A DNA stretch of 63,363 nucleotides, filler included, from Malacoraja senta (lineage: Eukaryota), in assembly GCA_038087875.1 (NCBI GenBank). It is 4 parts of 4 records of this genome, joined end to end, with 100 filler letters (N's around TTAATTAATTAA, not from the genome) between each part and the next. Parts side by side here need not be neighbours in the genome. Positions count along the whole stretch, not along the records: positions 38,341 to 56,317 come from JAXLNO010000368.1; 3 more parts are not named here. One strand, written 5' to 3'. Shown one piece after another: positions 38,341-50,999 of the stretch. The position numbers and the translations under genes were made by a program. Numbering within the stretch: position 1 is the first letter of the stretch; every line of letters begins with the position of its first letter. The notes beneath the pieces were generated by a model. It searched no databases and was not told the DNA's origin. It saw nothing but the letters and a program-made list of their open reading frames with translations.

Positions 38341-41337
38341 AATCCTTTCAGGAATTTTATACCTCCCTATACCAATCAGATTTTCCTACTGATTCCAATA
38401 TAATGCATGAGATTTTAAAGAAACTGAACTTACCAAATTTACCATACAATGAGTCTCTGTTGTTAGATGAACCCATCACGGAAGGGGAAATACAGAAAGC
38501 AATGTTTTCAATAAATTCTGGTAAAACTCCCGGTTTAGATGGGTTTACAGTAGAATTTTTAAAGTATTTCTCAAATTTATTGTCTCCACGGCTATGCAAG
38601 GTATTTAAAGAAGCCTTTTTTAAGGAATAGATTACCACAATCTTTTTATGAAGCTTCTATTTCTTTAATTTAAAAAAAAGATAAAGACCCTACTGAAGTG
38701 ACATCATATAGACCTATATCGATGTTAAATGTAGATTTTAAAATTCTTTCCAAAATATTAGCTATGAGATTAGAAAAGATTTTACCGCAAATTATCTCTG
38801 AAGATCAGACAGTTTTTTTTTAAATCGTTACTCATTCTTTAATGTTAGGAGATTAATAAATATTGTACATACAGCGTCTAATAAAACCCCAGAATGTGTC
38901 ATCTCACTTGATGCCGAGAAGGTTATTGATAGAGTAGAATGGAATACTTATTCAATATACTTGAAAAAGTTAAGGTTGGTACAAAATTTATCTCTTGGAT
39001 CAAACTGATATATCTTATACCTCAGGCTTATGTATTTACTAATAATCAGAGATCCCCTTTTTTCAGGCTCTTTCAAGGTACTAGACAGGGCTGTCCCTTA
39101 AGTCCTTTACTATTTGATATTGCTTTGGAAACTTTAGCCACTGCTATTAAGGAATCCCCTAATATTTTTGGTATTGTCCGCGGGAATAAGACACATAAGC
39201 TATCTCTTTATGCAGATGATCTGTTATTATTTATTTCTAACCCTGAGAAATCTATTCCGGCAATAGTAGCATTACTTAATCAATTCAGTAGTTTTTCTGG
39301 TTATAAACTAAATCTTAGTAACAGTGAGCTTTCCCATTAAATAAATTTGTTTCGAGTTATGGACAGCTTCCATTTAGATTGACTACCGAAAGTTTTACTT
39401 ATTTAGGTATTAAGATCACCAAGAAACACAGGGATTTATTTAAAGCTAATTTTATTCCTTTAATTGACCATATTAAACATCAGTTCACTAAATGGTCACC
39501 AATGTCCTTATCCTTAATTGGCCGAATCAATGCTATTAAAATGTTCATTTTATCTACATTTCTGTATTTATTTCAGACGATACCAATTTTTATTGCCAAA
39601 TCTTTCTTTGATATTATAGACTCTAAAATTTCTTCATATATATGGCAGAATAAAAATCCCAGACTAGGTATGAAATACCTACAGAAATCAAAAAAAGTTG
39701 GTGGTTTGGCATTGCCGAACCTTAGACTCTACTATTGGGCAGTCAATGTTCGTTATTTAACATTTTGGACAAAAGATTTAGAAGATACCCAATGCCCTGG
39801 ATGGATAAACCTAGAATGTGATTCCTTACAAGGTCTATAATTGGCTTCTATTCTAGGGGCATCGTTACCTTTTACAATTACGAGATTGAATAAATATATG
39901 ATGAACCCAATAATAAGACATACGTTCCGAATACGGTTTCAATTTCATACGTTTTTTGGACTGAATGATTTATCCAAATTTCTCTTCCAACCATCTAGTA
40001 CTGATCAAGTTTTTTTGTTATGGAAGAGGAAGGGATTAGTAGATTTTCGTAATTTGTTTTTGGAGGGTTGTTTTATGTCTTTCGAACAACTCTCCAATAA
40101 ATATAACTTACCTAATTCACACTTTTTTAGATATTTACAAATTAGACAAAAGGAACTACCCCTTTTTCCGCTCCCACATCAACCCGAAATTTTGGAATTT
40201 GTTTTACAGTTGAACCCTTATCAGAAAGGATTAATAACGACTAATCATGAGTTGCTTTTAAAATTGCAAATAGATACATTTGATAAAATTAAGAATGGCT
40301 GGGAAAGAGAACTCCAAATTTCTTTATCTATAGAGAAATGGAAGAGGATCCTTCAATTAGTTAATACCTCTTCAATGTGTGCAAGACACGCTTTGATACA
40401 ATTCGAGGTGGTCCACAGAGCTCATATGTCAGAAGATAAGTTAGCTCGTTTTTATGGTCATATAAATCCTACCTGTGACATGTAACTCTGAAGTGGCATC
40501 ACTGACCCATATGTTTTGGTCCTGCCCTCTTTTGGAAAAATATTGGAAATACATTTTTGATACTATTTCGGTAGTCTTAGGTATAGATTTTCAACCTCAT
40601 CCTATTACTGCAATTTTTGGGTTACCAATGTTAGATTCTATTCATTTGTCCCACTCCGCCCATCGGTTGATTGCTTTTACCACATTAATTGCCAGAAGAT
40701 TTATTTTCTTTAAATGGAAAGATTCCAACTCTCCGACCACACTCCAGTGGTACTGAAACAATATCATGTTTAAATTTAGAAAAAATCAGAAGTGACATTG
40801 TTGAACCCTTGGTTAAATTTGATAAGACTTGGGAAAATTTATAGAACACTTTCATACAACATAAATTGTTCCCTCTTTAACCTTTATAAAAATTATTTTA
40901 CCTTCATAGGGTGAAACGGACTTGACGACAAACAGACTGAAACTGTTGAATTTCTCAGTTCAGATTCGGTTTTGCTCTGTTTTATTTTATTTATTTATTA
41001 ATTTTATTTGTATTCTTATTTTATTATTATCAATTTTTTAATTTATTTTTTAGTTTAGGGGGGTTTTGTTTTTTCTTTTTCTTTTTGTCTTTTTATCTTT
41101 GCTTTTTTAAAACATTTATGTTTCCTTTTAAAGATTTAACTACATTTACATAAAGACCGAGAGGTGTATTTTGACACGTCTCATATTAGGTTATACCTGT
41201 TATTAATGTGTTTAATCCTGATCCCTATGTATCAATACCATTGTTAAGTTTATCATTATTCTTTTTGCTCTGTTTTTTATGTTTTATTTTTGTTTTAGTT
41301 TTTTGGAAAAAAGCCATAAAAAGATTTAAAAAGAAAG
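38341..41337 (+). mobile_element. Second, older L1 copy (RT to 3' end, frameshifted; 5' end lost in gap)
   Basis: KTPGLDGF, QGCPLSPLLF, LYADD, FTYLGI, LSLIGRINAIKM, GGLALPN and HMFWSC motifs across broken frames, then a T-rich 3' UTR and A-rich tail. Confidence 0.9.
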
Positions 41338-41870
41338 GTACTGAATAAAAAAGTTGGGATGTTCTGCTACAGTTGTACAAGATGTTGGTGAGGCCACATT
41401 TGGAGTATTGTGTTAAGTTTTGGTCACTCGACTATCGGAAGGATGTCATTAACAGGGCCTGTGATTCAGGGAGAGGATGAGAATGCTTGGACTTTAGTCC
41501 TTGGCACGCAAGAGGCTGAGGGGTGATCTTATAGAAGTTTATAAAATCAAGGAGCATAGATAGATTGAATGCACAGAATCTTTTAACCAGCCTTGTGTAA
41601 TCAAGAACCAGAGAACTTAGGTTTAAGGTGAGAAGGAAACGAGTTACTCAGAACCAGAGGAAGTGGAAATATGGAAGAACATTCCAGTGGAAGGAGTTGA
41701 GGCAGGTATTAAAAAACATTTAGAACACACTTGGACAGGTACATACTGTAGATAGGAAAGGTTCAGTGAGATATGGGTCAATTGCAGGAAAATTGTAGTT
41801 TAAACATGGCATCTTGGTTGGCATGGCCAAGTTGAGGCAAAGGGCCCATTTCCATGCCGTATGACTCTAT
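41338..41870 (+). mobile_element. Degenerate CR1 3' fragment
   Basis: ttggtgaggccacatttggagtattgtg... homology with the other CR1 copies. Confidence 0.75.
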
Positions 41871-44395
41871 GGCTCCGTGGGCTTGAAAAGCCAATTCTTT
41901 TCCGTTTCACTGCTAAATGATAGTTAATCACCCTCGCTAATAGTGACCACAATGGCAGACCCATGACCACGACTGGATTACAGTGATAATAAGCTAACGA
42001 TTGCCTCAGTTCAAATATGCATGTCGTTGATGTTCAATGACTAATTGTTGCTGCATTCTTAGTTTTGGCAAGGTTCTGATCTGGGTGCTGGAGCTGTTAG
42101 GCATCTTGATACCATGAAAGCAGAACCTCCGTTTCAGGAAATATACTTGCTGAATGGTGTCTCAGACCAGCAATGCCAGGGAACATTGTATTTTGAAGAG
42201 GAAATATTACACAACCAAGGCCAAGTGCTCGAGAAAGCTGCACGTCTGTTATTTCAATGAAAACTCTGCTCTTCATCCATCTTGTCATTTTGATCACCCA
42301 GTTTAGTTTATAATATTGTATAACATTTGCACTCAATTCTCACAGTTTATGACATTGACAGCTGGCGTGAAGATGCATCAGTCAATACCTTCTGTCTTCC
42401 AATTTAGTTTATTTAATAGAAAGATAGAAACATAACAAAATAGGTGCAGGAATAGGCTATTCGGCCCTTTGAGCCAGCACCGCCATTCAATACAATCATG
42501 GCTGATCATCTAAAATTAATACTCCGTTCTGGCTTTCCCCCCATATCCCTTGACTCCCTTAGCCCTAAGAGCTAAATCTAACTCTCTCTTGAAAACAGTG
42601 ATACAGTGTGTAAACAGGCCATTTGTGCCACCAAATCCATACTAACCAGCAATCGCCCATTCATAATAGATTCCCATCCACCCCCTACACTGTCAGGGTG
42701 ACTTACCGAGGATGATTACCTGCACACCTGCTCATCTTTGGGATATGGGAGGAAACCGGAGCTCCCTGAGGAAGCTCACATAGTCACAAGAGAATGTGCA
42801 AACTCCACGTAGACAGTACCCGAGGTCCAGATTGAACCTGGGTCTCTGGCGTTGTGAGGCAGCAGTTCTACCAGCTGCACTACCATGCTGCATTACGTAC
42901 AAACTCTAAATCCTACACTGACTTTCCCTTCCACTTGTTATATTCAACACAATAACTCCTTTACACAGGAGAAAAGTGAACTGCAATTCATCACCAGAAT
43001 ATATCTTACAACAGTGTGATCACAGGCAAGAAACCAGTGATATAGATGACTGAATTTACACTAAAACCCTGATCATCCAGCTCTCTTGGGATTTGGGAAA
43101 TGGTAGATGTTAAGGACTGCTGCATGTTACTCCAAACATACTTTAATTCAACTAATTTAAGCACTTGTTGAGCAAGTCAGTGGTTGAGGTGCATCTGTAC
43201 AGTACTATCAGACTTAAGCGGAGGAATAACCATTGTAATTTGCCTGAAGAGTCTCGAACCAGATTGTCACCTATCCATGGTCTCCAGGGATGTTGCCTGA
43301 CCTGCTGAGTTACTATAGCACTGTCCCTCACAGTCTTTCCCAATCTTATAAATCAAAAATAGTCAGCATCTTTCTACATCATAAAGAGTCATGGAAATAT
43401 GCAGCATACAAACATGGCCTTTGTCCCACTAATCCTACATTTGTCCCACATTCTCATCAGCTCTCCCCAAATTGTATCATGCACAATCTAGGGGACAACT
43501 AACCTACCAAACAATGTTTTGGGGATGTGGGAGGAAACCAGAGCACCTGGGGAAACCACTTGGCCACAGGAACAAAATGCAAACTCCACAGATGTTGGAA
43601 TTTAATTCAGGTCTCTGACTCTGTGCTGCCCTGTTTCACATTGTAGTCCACCTGTCATGTTGTTGCTCATTCATTCGACTTTCCACCTTGAACCATTTTT
43701 CCCAACACCACTTAATTTTGAGTCTTCCAGTAACTGTGGCCACGATGGCACAGCGGTAGAGTTGCTTGCAGCGCTGGAGACTCGGGTTCGATCCCGACCA
43801 CTGATGCTGATTGTACAGAATTTGTACGTTCTCCTCATGACCGCGTGGGTTTTCTCCGAGATTTAAGGTTTCCTCCCACACTCCAAAGATATACAGGTAT
43901 GTAAGTTAATTGGCATAGTGTGTGTGTATAGGATAGTGTTAATGTGCGGGGATCACTGGTCAGCGCAGACTCCATGGGCCGAAGGGCCTGTTTCGTCACT
44001 GCATCTCTAAATTAAACTAAAGAAAACTAGGAAATGTTAAACTGTAAACAATCTGCCTCATAGCTGACTTGGATCATGAACAGTTGGTTGGTGATTGGCA
44101 TGGACACGGTGGGCCGAAAGGACTGCCCCCATGCTGTACTTTTTAATGACTCATTGATATTTCTAGGATTTGGTGCAGTGAATCCATAATGTTTCACTTT
44201 TATTTTTACACTGAATTCACAATTTTCAAATATCTGATCATCAGAAACATTTAACAACATCACAAAGGCTAGTTGACAGTGGTGACTGTCGAGGCATTTC
44301 AGGTGTAGCTGCTGCCTTATCCTACTTGAGATCGATCATTTCTTCAAGCCCAATACCTTTACTAGCAACAGTTCATCACAATTTTTCCATCTTAC

Positions 44396-44503
44396 CTCTC
44401 CTCTTTTTTCTCCACCAAACAATTACTGCCAAGACAATAGCCAGCAATATCAGCACACACACGGCAATAAGGCCTATGTGCCTGTCTTTCTTCCTATTTC
44501 CAT
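44396..44503 (-). CDS. Type I transmembrane exon of the class I-like gene
   Basis: ttttcag acceptor and GTAAG donor, phase 1-1, 108 bp. Encodes (D)GNRKKDRHIGLIAVCVLILLAIVLAVIVWWRKKRR, a ~21-residue hydrophobic span plus basic stop-transfer. It lacks the Gly-rich class II pattern and the IgH CART motif, and is in frame with the alpha3 exon 2.6 kb upstream. Confidence 0.82.
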
Positions 44504-46399
44504 CTGAAAAATAAGAATGCATAATTTTACAAATCAATTGCTAAGCTGTGCAGTTAAATAGATTGGCACTGTCTGAAGACTTCAGGGTGAAGAAGGGTCT
44601 CGACCCGAAATGCCACCTATTCCTTTTCTCCAGAGATGCTACCTGACCGTTGAGTTATTCCTGCATTTTGTGTCTATCTTTGGCGCTTTTCAACATATAT
44701 AAATATGTTGTTTTGAATCATGGAGTTCTGCAACATGGCAAAGGGACAATATCTGTTCTGTACAACTCTATGATCTATGGTACCATCACAGCCACAACTT
44801 AATTCATGAAAGAAGGTGAATTGAAAGCAGAAAGCTTTAACCCTATATAAACTAACATCTGTTTTGGGGAAAATGCTGGATTCCTTTCAGTAATGGCAGA
44901 ACATTTGAGTAATAACAAAACAATAAAGTGCATTAACAGGGCATTAACAGGAAAATGTAGAAAGAAAGAGATGCAGATACTGATTTACACAAAAGCTTTA
45001 GTTTAGTTTATTGTCACGAGTGCTGAGGTACAGTGAACAGCTTTGGTTTCATGCTAACCAGTCAGTGGAAATAATATACATGATAGACACAAAATGCTGG
45101 AGTAACTCAGCGGAATAGGCAACATCTCTGGCGAACATGGACTCAGTCAGAAGGATCGTGACCCGAAACATCACCTATTCTTTTTCTCCAGAAATGCTGC
45201 CTGACCAGCTGAGTTGTTCCAGCAATTTGTGTCCATCTTCAGTGTAAACCATCATTTGCAGTTTCTCCCTACACATGGACAGGTGACATTTCGTTTACGG
45301 ACCCTTCTTCAAACTTTGTTTGAGAAATTGATTAGAATTCTTTGAAAATGCAACAGGAACCCGTAGACAATATATATTCGAGCAGCAGTAGTTTGCAGGT
45401 GTGCACAGCCTAAAATTCAAAAACAAAATGATGGCAAAGCAGAATAGGTAACAAAATTGGAATGAGAAACAAAAGAAATACAATATATTGTAGAGATCCA
45501 AGCGTCGTGAACAAATCAATGTTTTTTTTTTAAAGAAATACAGTTTTGGCCCACTCGCGTTTAGTAAGGACTTGAGCAAAGTTCCTGCCGTTGTGATCGG
45601 GCACACCAGTTGACTGGCGATTAACTCATCACCAACTCCCAACAAATCCCTGTCACGTGATAGTCCCAGCTCCCCTGATAAGGGTTCTAGCAATAAGTGG
45701 CCTGACCACCAGATGTCGCCACAATATCTGGATTTTCATAAGATATCTGATCAAGTGATGCAAAGGCACATGGCTTATGACATTGGGGGTAATAATTAGC
45801 ATGGATGGTAAAACAATTAAGAGCAAGCAGAGAGTTGTCTTAAAGGAGTGTTCAGGTTGGGAAACTGCAACTGCAGGATGGGAATCAATGCAAGAAAGTG
45901 AACTACTTATCGTTAGTATTAAGAGCAGATGAAGGGACTGGTGGCGCTGTAGCCTAGATTGCTGATGATACATAGATAGGTTGGAAATTAAGTTCTGGAG
46001 TATGTCAACAGTCTTCAGAGTGAAACATCAGATTCCTTATTTGTGCATTGTTCGAGGGAATCTTCAAAAGTGAACATTTGTGTAGGCTAGTGCAGCATAC
46101 CTGGAATCAAACTACTATGATCGCTGTTTGTCAGGCAGTTATATTTTTCGTTGCTGAATCTGTAACTTGCGTCAGGGAACTTACTTCATTAGGTTTAGTT
46201 TCATTAATGTCAGATGTTTCAAGATACAGTGCAAAGGTTTGTTTTGTATGCTATCCAAACAAATTAGATAATACTATAGATAAATAAAAAACTCAAAAAT
46301 AATAGATAGAGCAAAGAGTAGGATACAGAGTACATTCTCAGCATTGTAACACATCAGTTCCATGGACAATGTTCAATGTTCAACGAGGTTGAGGTGAAT

Positions 46400-46900
46400 C
46401 GGGCATTAAACCAACATTATGGAAGGACCCTTCCGAAGCCTGTTAACAGGTGGAAAGGGGGTGTTCCTGAGTCTGGCAGTGCTTATTTTCAACTTTCAGT
46501 ACCTATTGCCTGATGGGAGCAGGAAGGAGGAATGTGAGAACGTGGGATAAGTCTCGTTTTCCAAGGCAACCTGGTGTAGATTGGGTCAATAGTGGGAAGT
46601 CTGGGCTGTGTGATGATCTTTAACTCTTTGTATATTCTTGCAGTCTTGGGCAGTGCAGTTCCCAATTCAAGATGCGATGCAACCCAACAACATGCTTTCT
46701 CTAGCGGCATCTATAGACGTTTGCTGGAGTCACCAGAGACATGATGAATATCCTCAGTCTCCTGAGGAAGTAGAGGTGTTGGTGTGCCTCCTTGGCTATG
46801 TGGCCAGTCCATGACCGAATATTGGATAAATTCATGCCAAGGAACACGAAGCTCTCAATCATTTCCACTTCAGACTATTGATTCAGATTGGGGCATGTAC
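46400..46900 (-). mobile_element. Old Rex1-like LINE fragment in the alpha3-TM intron
   Basis: Degenerate homology with the 28560-28860 copy. Confidence 0.55.
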
Positions 46901-47140
46901 TCCCCCAGTGCCTTGCTGTTAATCACATCATGAGGAAAGATCGTTTAGAACAGGCTGCCGAAATATCGCATTATAAACCCGCCCCCTCTCAAAGGCGCCA
47001 AAGTCACGCACACGGGCAGTGACAGAACTGCAGCGCCGCTGGAGGTAAGTTTTGTAACATACCTGGATGTAGTCACAATGATTAAAATGGAAACAACAGA
47101 AGATAATGATTATCTATGAAAGAATATTTAACGTTCTTAC

Positions 47141-47407
47141 CCCAGATGATGGTCTTCCCACCGGGCAGGTTGCTGTGATCGACATGACAGGAATACTGTT
47201 TCCCATCATACGGATCATACTCAAGGACAGACCTTAGACGATATGTTCCATCGTTGTTGGGTACGACCCCAGAAGATTTCGTCTCAGAGACATGTTGACC
47301 ATTCTGCAACTAGCTGACTTTGATGGCCGGTGGGTAAAATCCAAACACAGTGCAGTACAGTACTGAATGATCATCAGGGCGGGCAGCTAGAGTGACCTCA
47401 GGGGAAA
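47141..47407 (-). pseudogene. MHC class I-like alpha3 (C1-set Ig) exon with one in-frame TAG
   Basis: cttgtag acceptor and GTAAG donor, phase 1-1, 267 bp. Encodes (V)SPEVTLAARPDDHSVLYCTVFGFYPPAIKVS*LQNGQHVSETKSSGVVPNNDGTYRLRSVLEYDPYDGKQYSCHVDHSNLPGGKTIIW. C..GFYP, PNxDGTY and YSCxVxHSxL are class I alpha3 motifs. TAG (47312-47310) sits at the invariant Trp position. Confidence 0.85.
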
Positions 47408-47433
47408 CTACAAGACAGTAAGTTGGTTATTTT

Positions 47434-47556
47434 CATCTTCAGTAAAACGTGCAGTCACCCATCACAAAATATTCTTCAGTCTACTACAACCACCAAGTTA
47501 CTGTCTACATCTGCCCCCATTTTGCCTCTTTCGTCACCATCAACCAACCACGTGGT
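47434..47556 (-). pseudogene. Possible decayed 3' half of an MHC class I alpha2 exon
   Basis: With one frameshift it reads TK..KW-G-A-D-V-D-S-N-LVVVV-D-*-RIF-C-DG-*-L-HV-LLK. Spacing matches the fish class I alpha2 helix (W, D+3, N+7, C+18, W+21 as TGA, L+22, L+26). Several edits are needed and no donor site is visible. Confidence 0.28.
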
Positions 47557-49395
47557 TTAAAAGGGATCGCACGCTCCCTGTTAAGACAGTACACAAGAAA
47601 ATTTGAAAGTACGTACCATTAAATTCAGGAACAGCTTCTTCCCCGCTGTTATTGGACTACTGAATGATTCTCATGTAAGATAAAGATGTTGCCCTGATCT
47701 TCCAACCAATCTCATTGTGATCCTTGCAACTCTTTTTGATCTGCACTTTCTCTGTAACTGTAATGCTGATATTGTAACCCGATATTATGCACTCTGAATA
47801 TTTTCTCTTTGCACTGATCTACTTGTGGATGGCTTGATTGCACATGTGTAGTATGATCTGATTGGATAACACACAGATAAACTTTTGACTATATCTCAGT
47901 TCACGTCACAATAATAAACTAATACCAACGGCAAATCTTTTCACTAGGGCACATTATTGACAATAATAAATAATTGACAAGTTACGAAATGAGGGCCAAT
48001 TCGGGAGGGGCAAGCTTAAAATTGGCAGTATTTTCACTCCACTTCAATAAGAGATAAAAGAGACCAGTCATTTGTTTACAAAATCTCTTTTTGCAGAGTG
48101 TGGTCATTCTCTGGCGCCAGAGATTTGTGAAGACAAAATCATTGGAAGCATTTAATATGGCGGTAGTTAAACTTTTGAAAGATTGGAGAATTGAGTGCAA
48201 TGAGGAACTGGCACCGAACAGGAGTTGATGCCTGAGGAACTTCAGCCATGGTCATATTGAATGGTGGGCAGGTTAGAGGACCAAATGGCTTACTCGGAAA
48301 CTTGATAACTGAGGAGAAAACCAGGCTTCTGAATGATCGTTCCATAAGCTAGGGTACTGTCCAATTGACCACTACCCCATTACAGACAGTGGACTTTGTT
48401 TATGGAACTATGCAGGAAGGAACTGTAGATGCTGGTTTACACCGCAGATAGACACAAAATGCTAGAGTAACTCAACGGGTCAGGCAGCATCTCTGGAGAG
48501 AAGGAATGTGTCACGTTTTGTGTCGAAACCCTTATCTAATGGAACTGGTGTGCTACATTGCTGAGAACTATATGCCACACTATGTACCTTCCCCTTTGCT
48601 CTACCTATAGTACTTGAGTTGACTTGATCATATACATGTATGTTGTTATCTCATCCAATTGGATATCATGGAACTGTACCTGGAAAGTTGCTGCCTGACA
48701 GTACCACAGACCAAAGTTCAATCCTGACAATAGGTGCTGTCTATATAGAGTTCATATATTCTCTCTGTGACCATGTGAGTTATCTCCGGGTGCTACAGTT
48801 CCGTCACATTCAAAGACGTGCAGGTTTGTAAGTTTTTTGGCTTCTGTAAATTGTCCCTAGTGTGTAGGATAGAACGAATATTTGGGTGGTCGTTAGCCAG
48901 CACAGGTTCAGTTGGCCAAAAGGCCTATTCCCATGCTGTACCTCGAAACTAAACGTGACAATAATAAACCGAAACTTATCCCTGTGCCTATCTGTAGATT
49001 AGTGTCACTCATACTGTGGCTCCGCCCACAGGCTTATTAGACAGCTCTCTCTCCCTCTGGTAGACTGGTAGTAAGCATGCTGAGAAGAAAGCACCTTGTG
49101 TTTCCTCTGCAAAGTTACTAATAACCACTATGTGTGAGTTTGATCATTCTTCCAACACTATCTCTTGTGTTGTTACGTCTCTGGAACTAAGTGGTAGCTG
49201 CGCTTAACTTTGTTGTAGCATAACTGTTTATGCTGAACAATTCATGAAAAAAAGTCTAATAAGGATTAAAAAAACAAGTGATTCCAGCATGTTGAAAGAT
49301 AATTGGGACTGATACGTAATGGGGTGGCACTGCGGCACAGTTCCAGTGACGAGGGTTTGGTCACAATCTTGAAACAGAAAAACTTTAACTGAGGC

Positions 49396-49592
49396 AGGCG
49401 CCTCTACTTCATCAATCCAGTGCTGTTATGACACTGGGCCTTAACATGAGAATATTAGAAATTGGGTATTTCCTTAGGGCAAAATCAGACTTCTCAGAGA
49501 CTTGAAAGCTGCAAGACAGTCCTGGAATGTCGTGGATCTCTGCGTGCTGTTCCAGAAGAGGACGAATTGTACTTATGTACAGTATGACTTGA
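49396..49592 (-). pseudogene. Possible heavily decayed MHC class I alpha1 exon
   Basis: After a ttctgcattctccccag acceptor-like site, one frame with stops contains GNTQFLIF...QHWIDEVEAP, resembling class I DDTQFVRF...WIEQEGP. Weak. Confidence 0.18.
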
Positions 49593-50999
49593 CTGGGGAG
49601 AATGCAGAACAACCATTTCACTGCAGATAGACACAAAAGCTGGAGTAACTCAGCGGGACAGGCAGCATCTCTGGAGAGAAGGGACGGGGTGTCCAGCATC
49701 TGCTGTTCCATCCAAACCATTTCACTGCATCTCTGCATGAATGAAACTAAACAGAGTTATATAAAATGCAGCACATACTGCAGTACTCAAGTAGGTCAGG
49801 CTGTCATGATTTTGCAGGTGGATAACTTAACTGTAATTTAAAAAAAAAAAAAAAAACGTGCAGGTGTAACTCAGTGCCTCAGGCAGCATCTGGAAGACTT
49901 ATGTAATCTTTCAGCTTGGGATCCTGCTTCATACTTCTTGCATCTGTTCTTTCTGTCTTCAACTTAACAGTTGAAAGGACCAGTTCTTTTATCGACAGGG
50001 AATGCAACTTGTTGAATGTGGAATTGAGTTTGAAAGGCTGCAACGTGTCCAGACAGAAGCTGAGTTGTTGGTCCTCAAGGTTATTTTCACCCTTGTTATC
50101 CTAGTGTAAAAATTGATATTTCTGTCCCTGATTATTGTTTCTAAAAAGAGTTTCCACGGTAGAATCACGAGTCACAAAGTTAAACGCACGGGCCACTACG
50201 TTCTTACAACGAGTTTAAATGTTTCAATTTTTAACCACAAGAGTACATTTTACTCGTGGAAAAGTTCAAACATTTTTGAACTTTTTCAAGGGTTAACAAG
50301 TTTCACGGGTACCTCCCGTTAGCGCCCAGAGTCGCTAAGTTGCGTCCACGAGTTCCCACGTTCCCGCTACGTTAATTGTACGTGATTACCACGATTTAAA
50401 TTTGTTTTAAACTCGGGGTACCTCGTGGGTCAGCTCGCACAGTGAGACGGGGGTTTTAGTATGTATGAGAATCTTGCAGTTGAACTCCAATGTATTATAA
50501 ATGCATTAATTTGATTGGATTGCTGCAAAGCGATTGTAAATAATGTAAATACTGTTGCAAGACAGTTACTCTGCTGTTTGTTGCTTGGCCAGAGTGTTAA
50601 AACCTGGCAAAATTGTTTTGTGTTCCAGGGTAAATCTCCTCACTTCCCCGCTTCTCTCTCCCCCTCCCCTCAAATCCAGCACTAAAGATAACTAATATAG
50701 TGGAGGCGAGAGATTGTTCTCTCCTCTCCTTTCCTCTCCCCCCTCCCTTCCCCTCCCCTCGCCTCTCCTCATCCCCACATCTCCTCTCTTCTTCCCCTCT
50801 CCTCTCTCCTCCTCTCCTCTGCTCCCTCTCCTCTCCTCATCACCTCTCCTCTCCTCTCCCCTCTCCTCACCACTCCTCTTGCCCCTCCCCTCCACTCTTC
50901 TCTCCCCTACTCTCTCCCGCATCTCGTCCTCTCTCTAACACTCTCCCCTCCCCTCCTCCCCGCTGTTCTCCACCCCGTCTCTCTTCTGCTCGCCTCTCT

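Noticed and set aside
44290-44322. GGA TAA GGC AGC AGC TAC ACC on -, resembling a class I cytoplasmic exon (GxGSSYT)
   Set aside because: Weak acceptor without a pyrimidine tract, and two stops in about eight codons. Not supportable.
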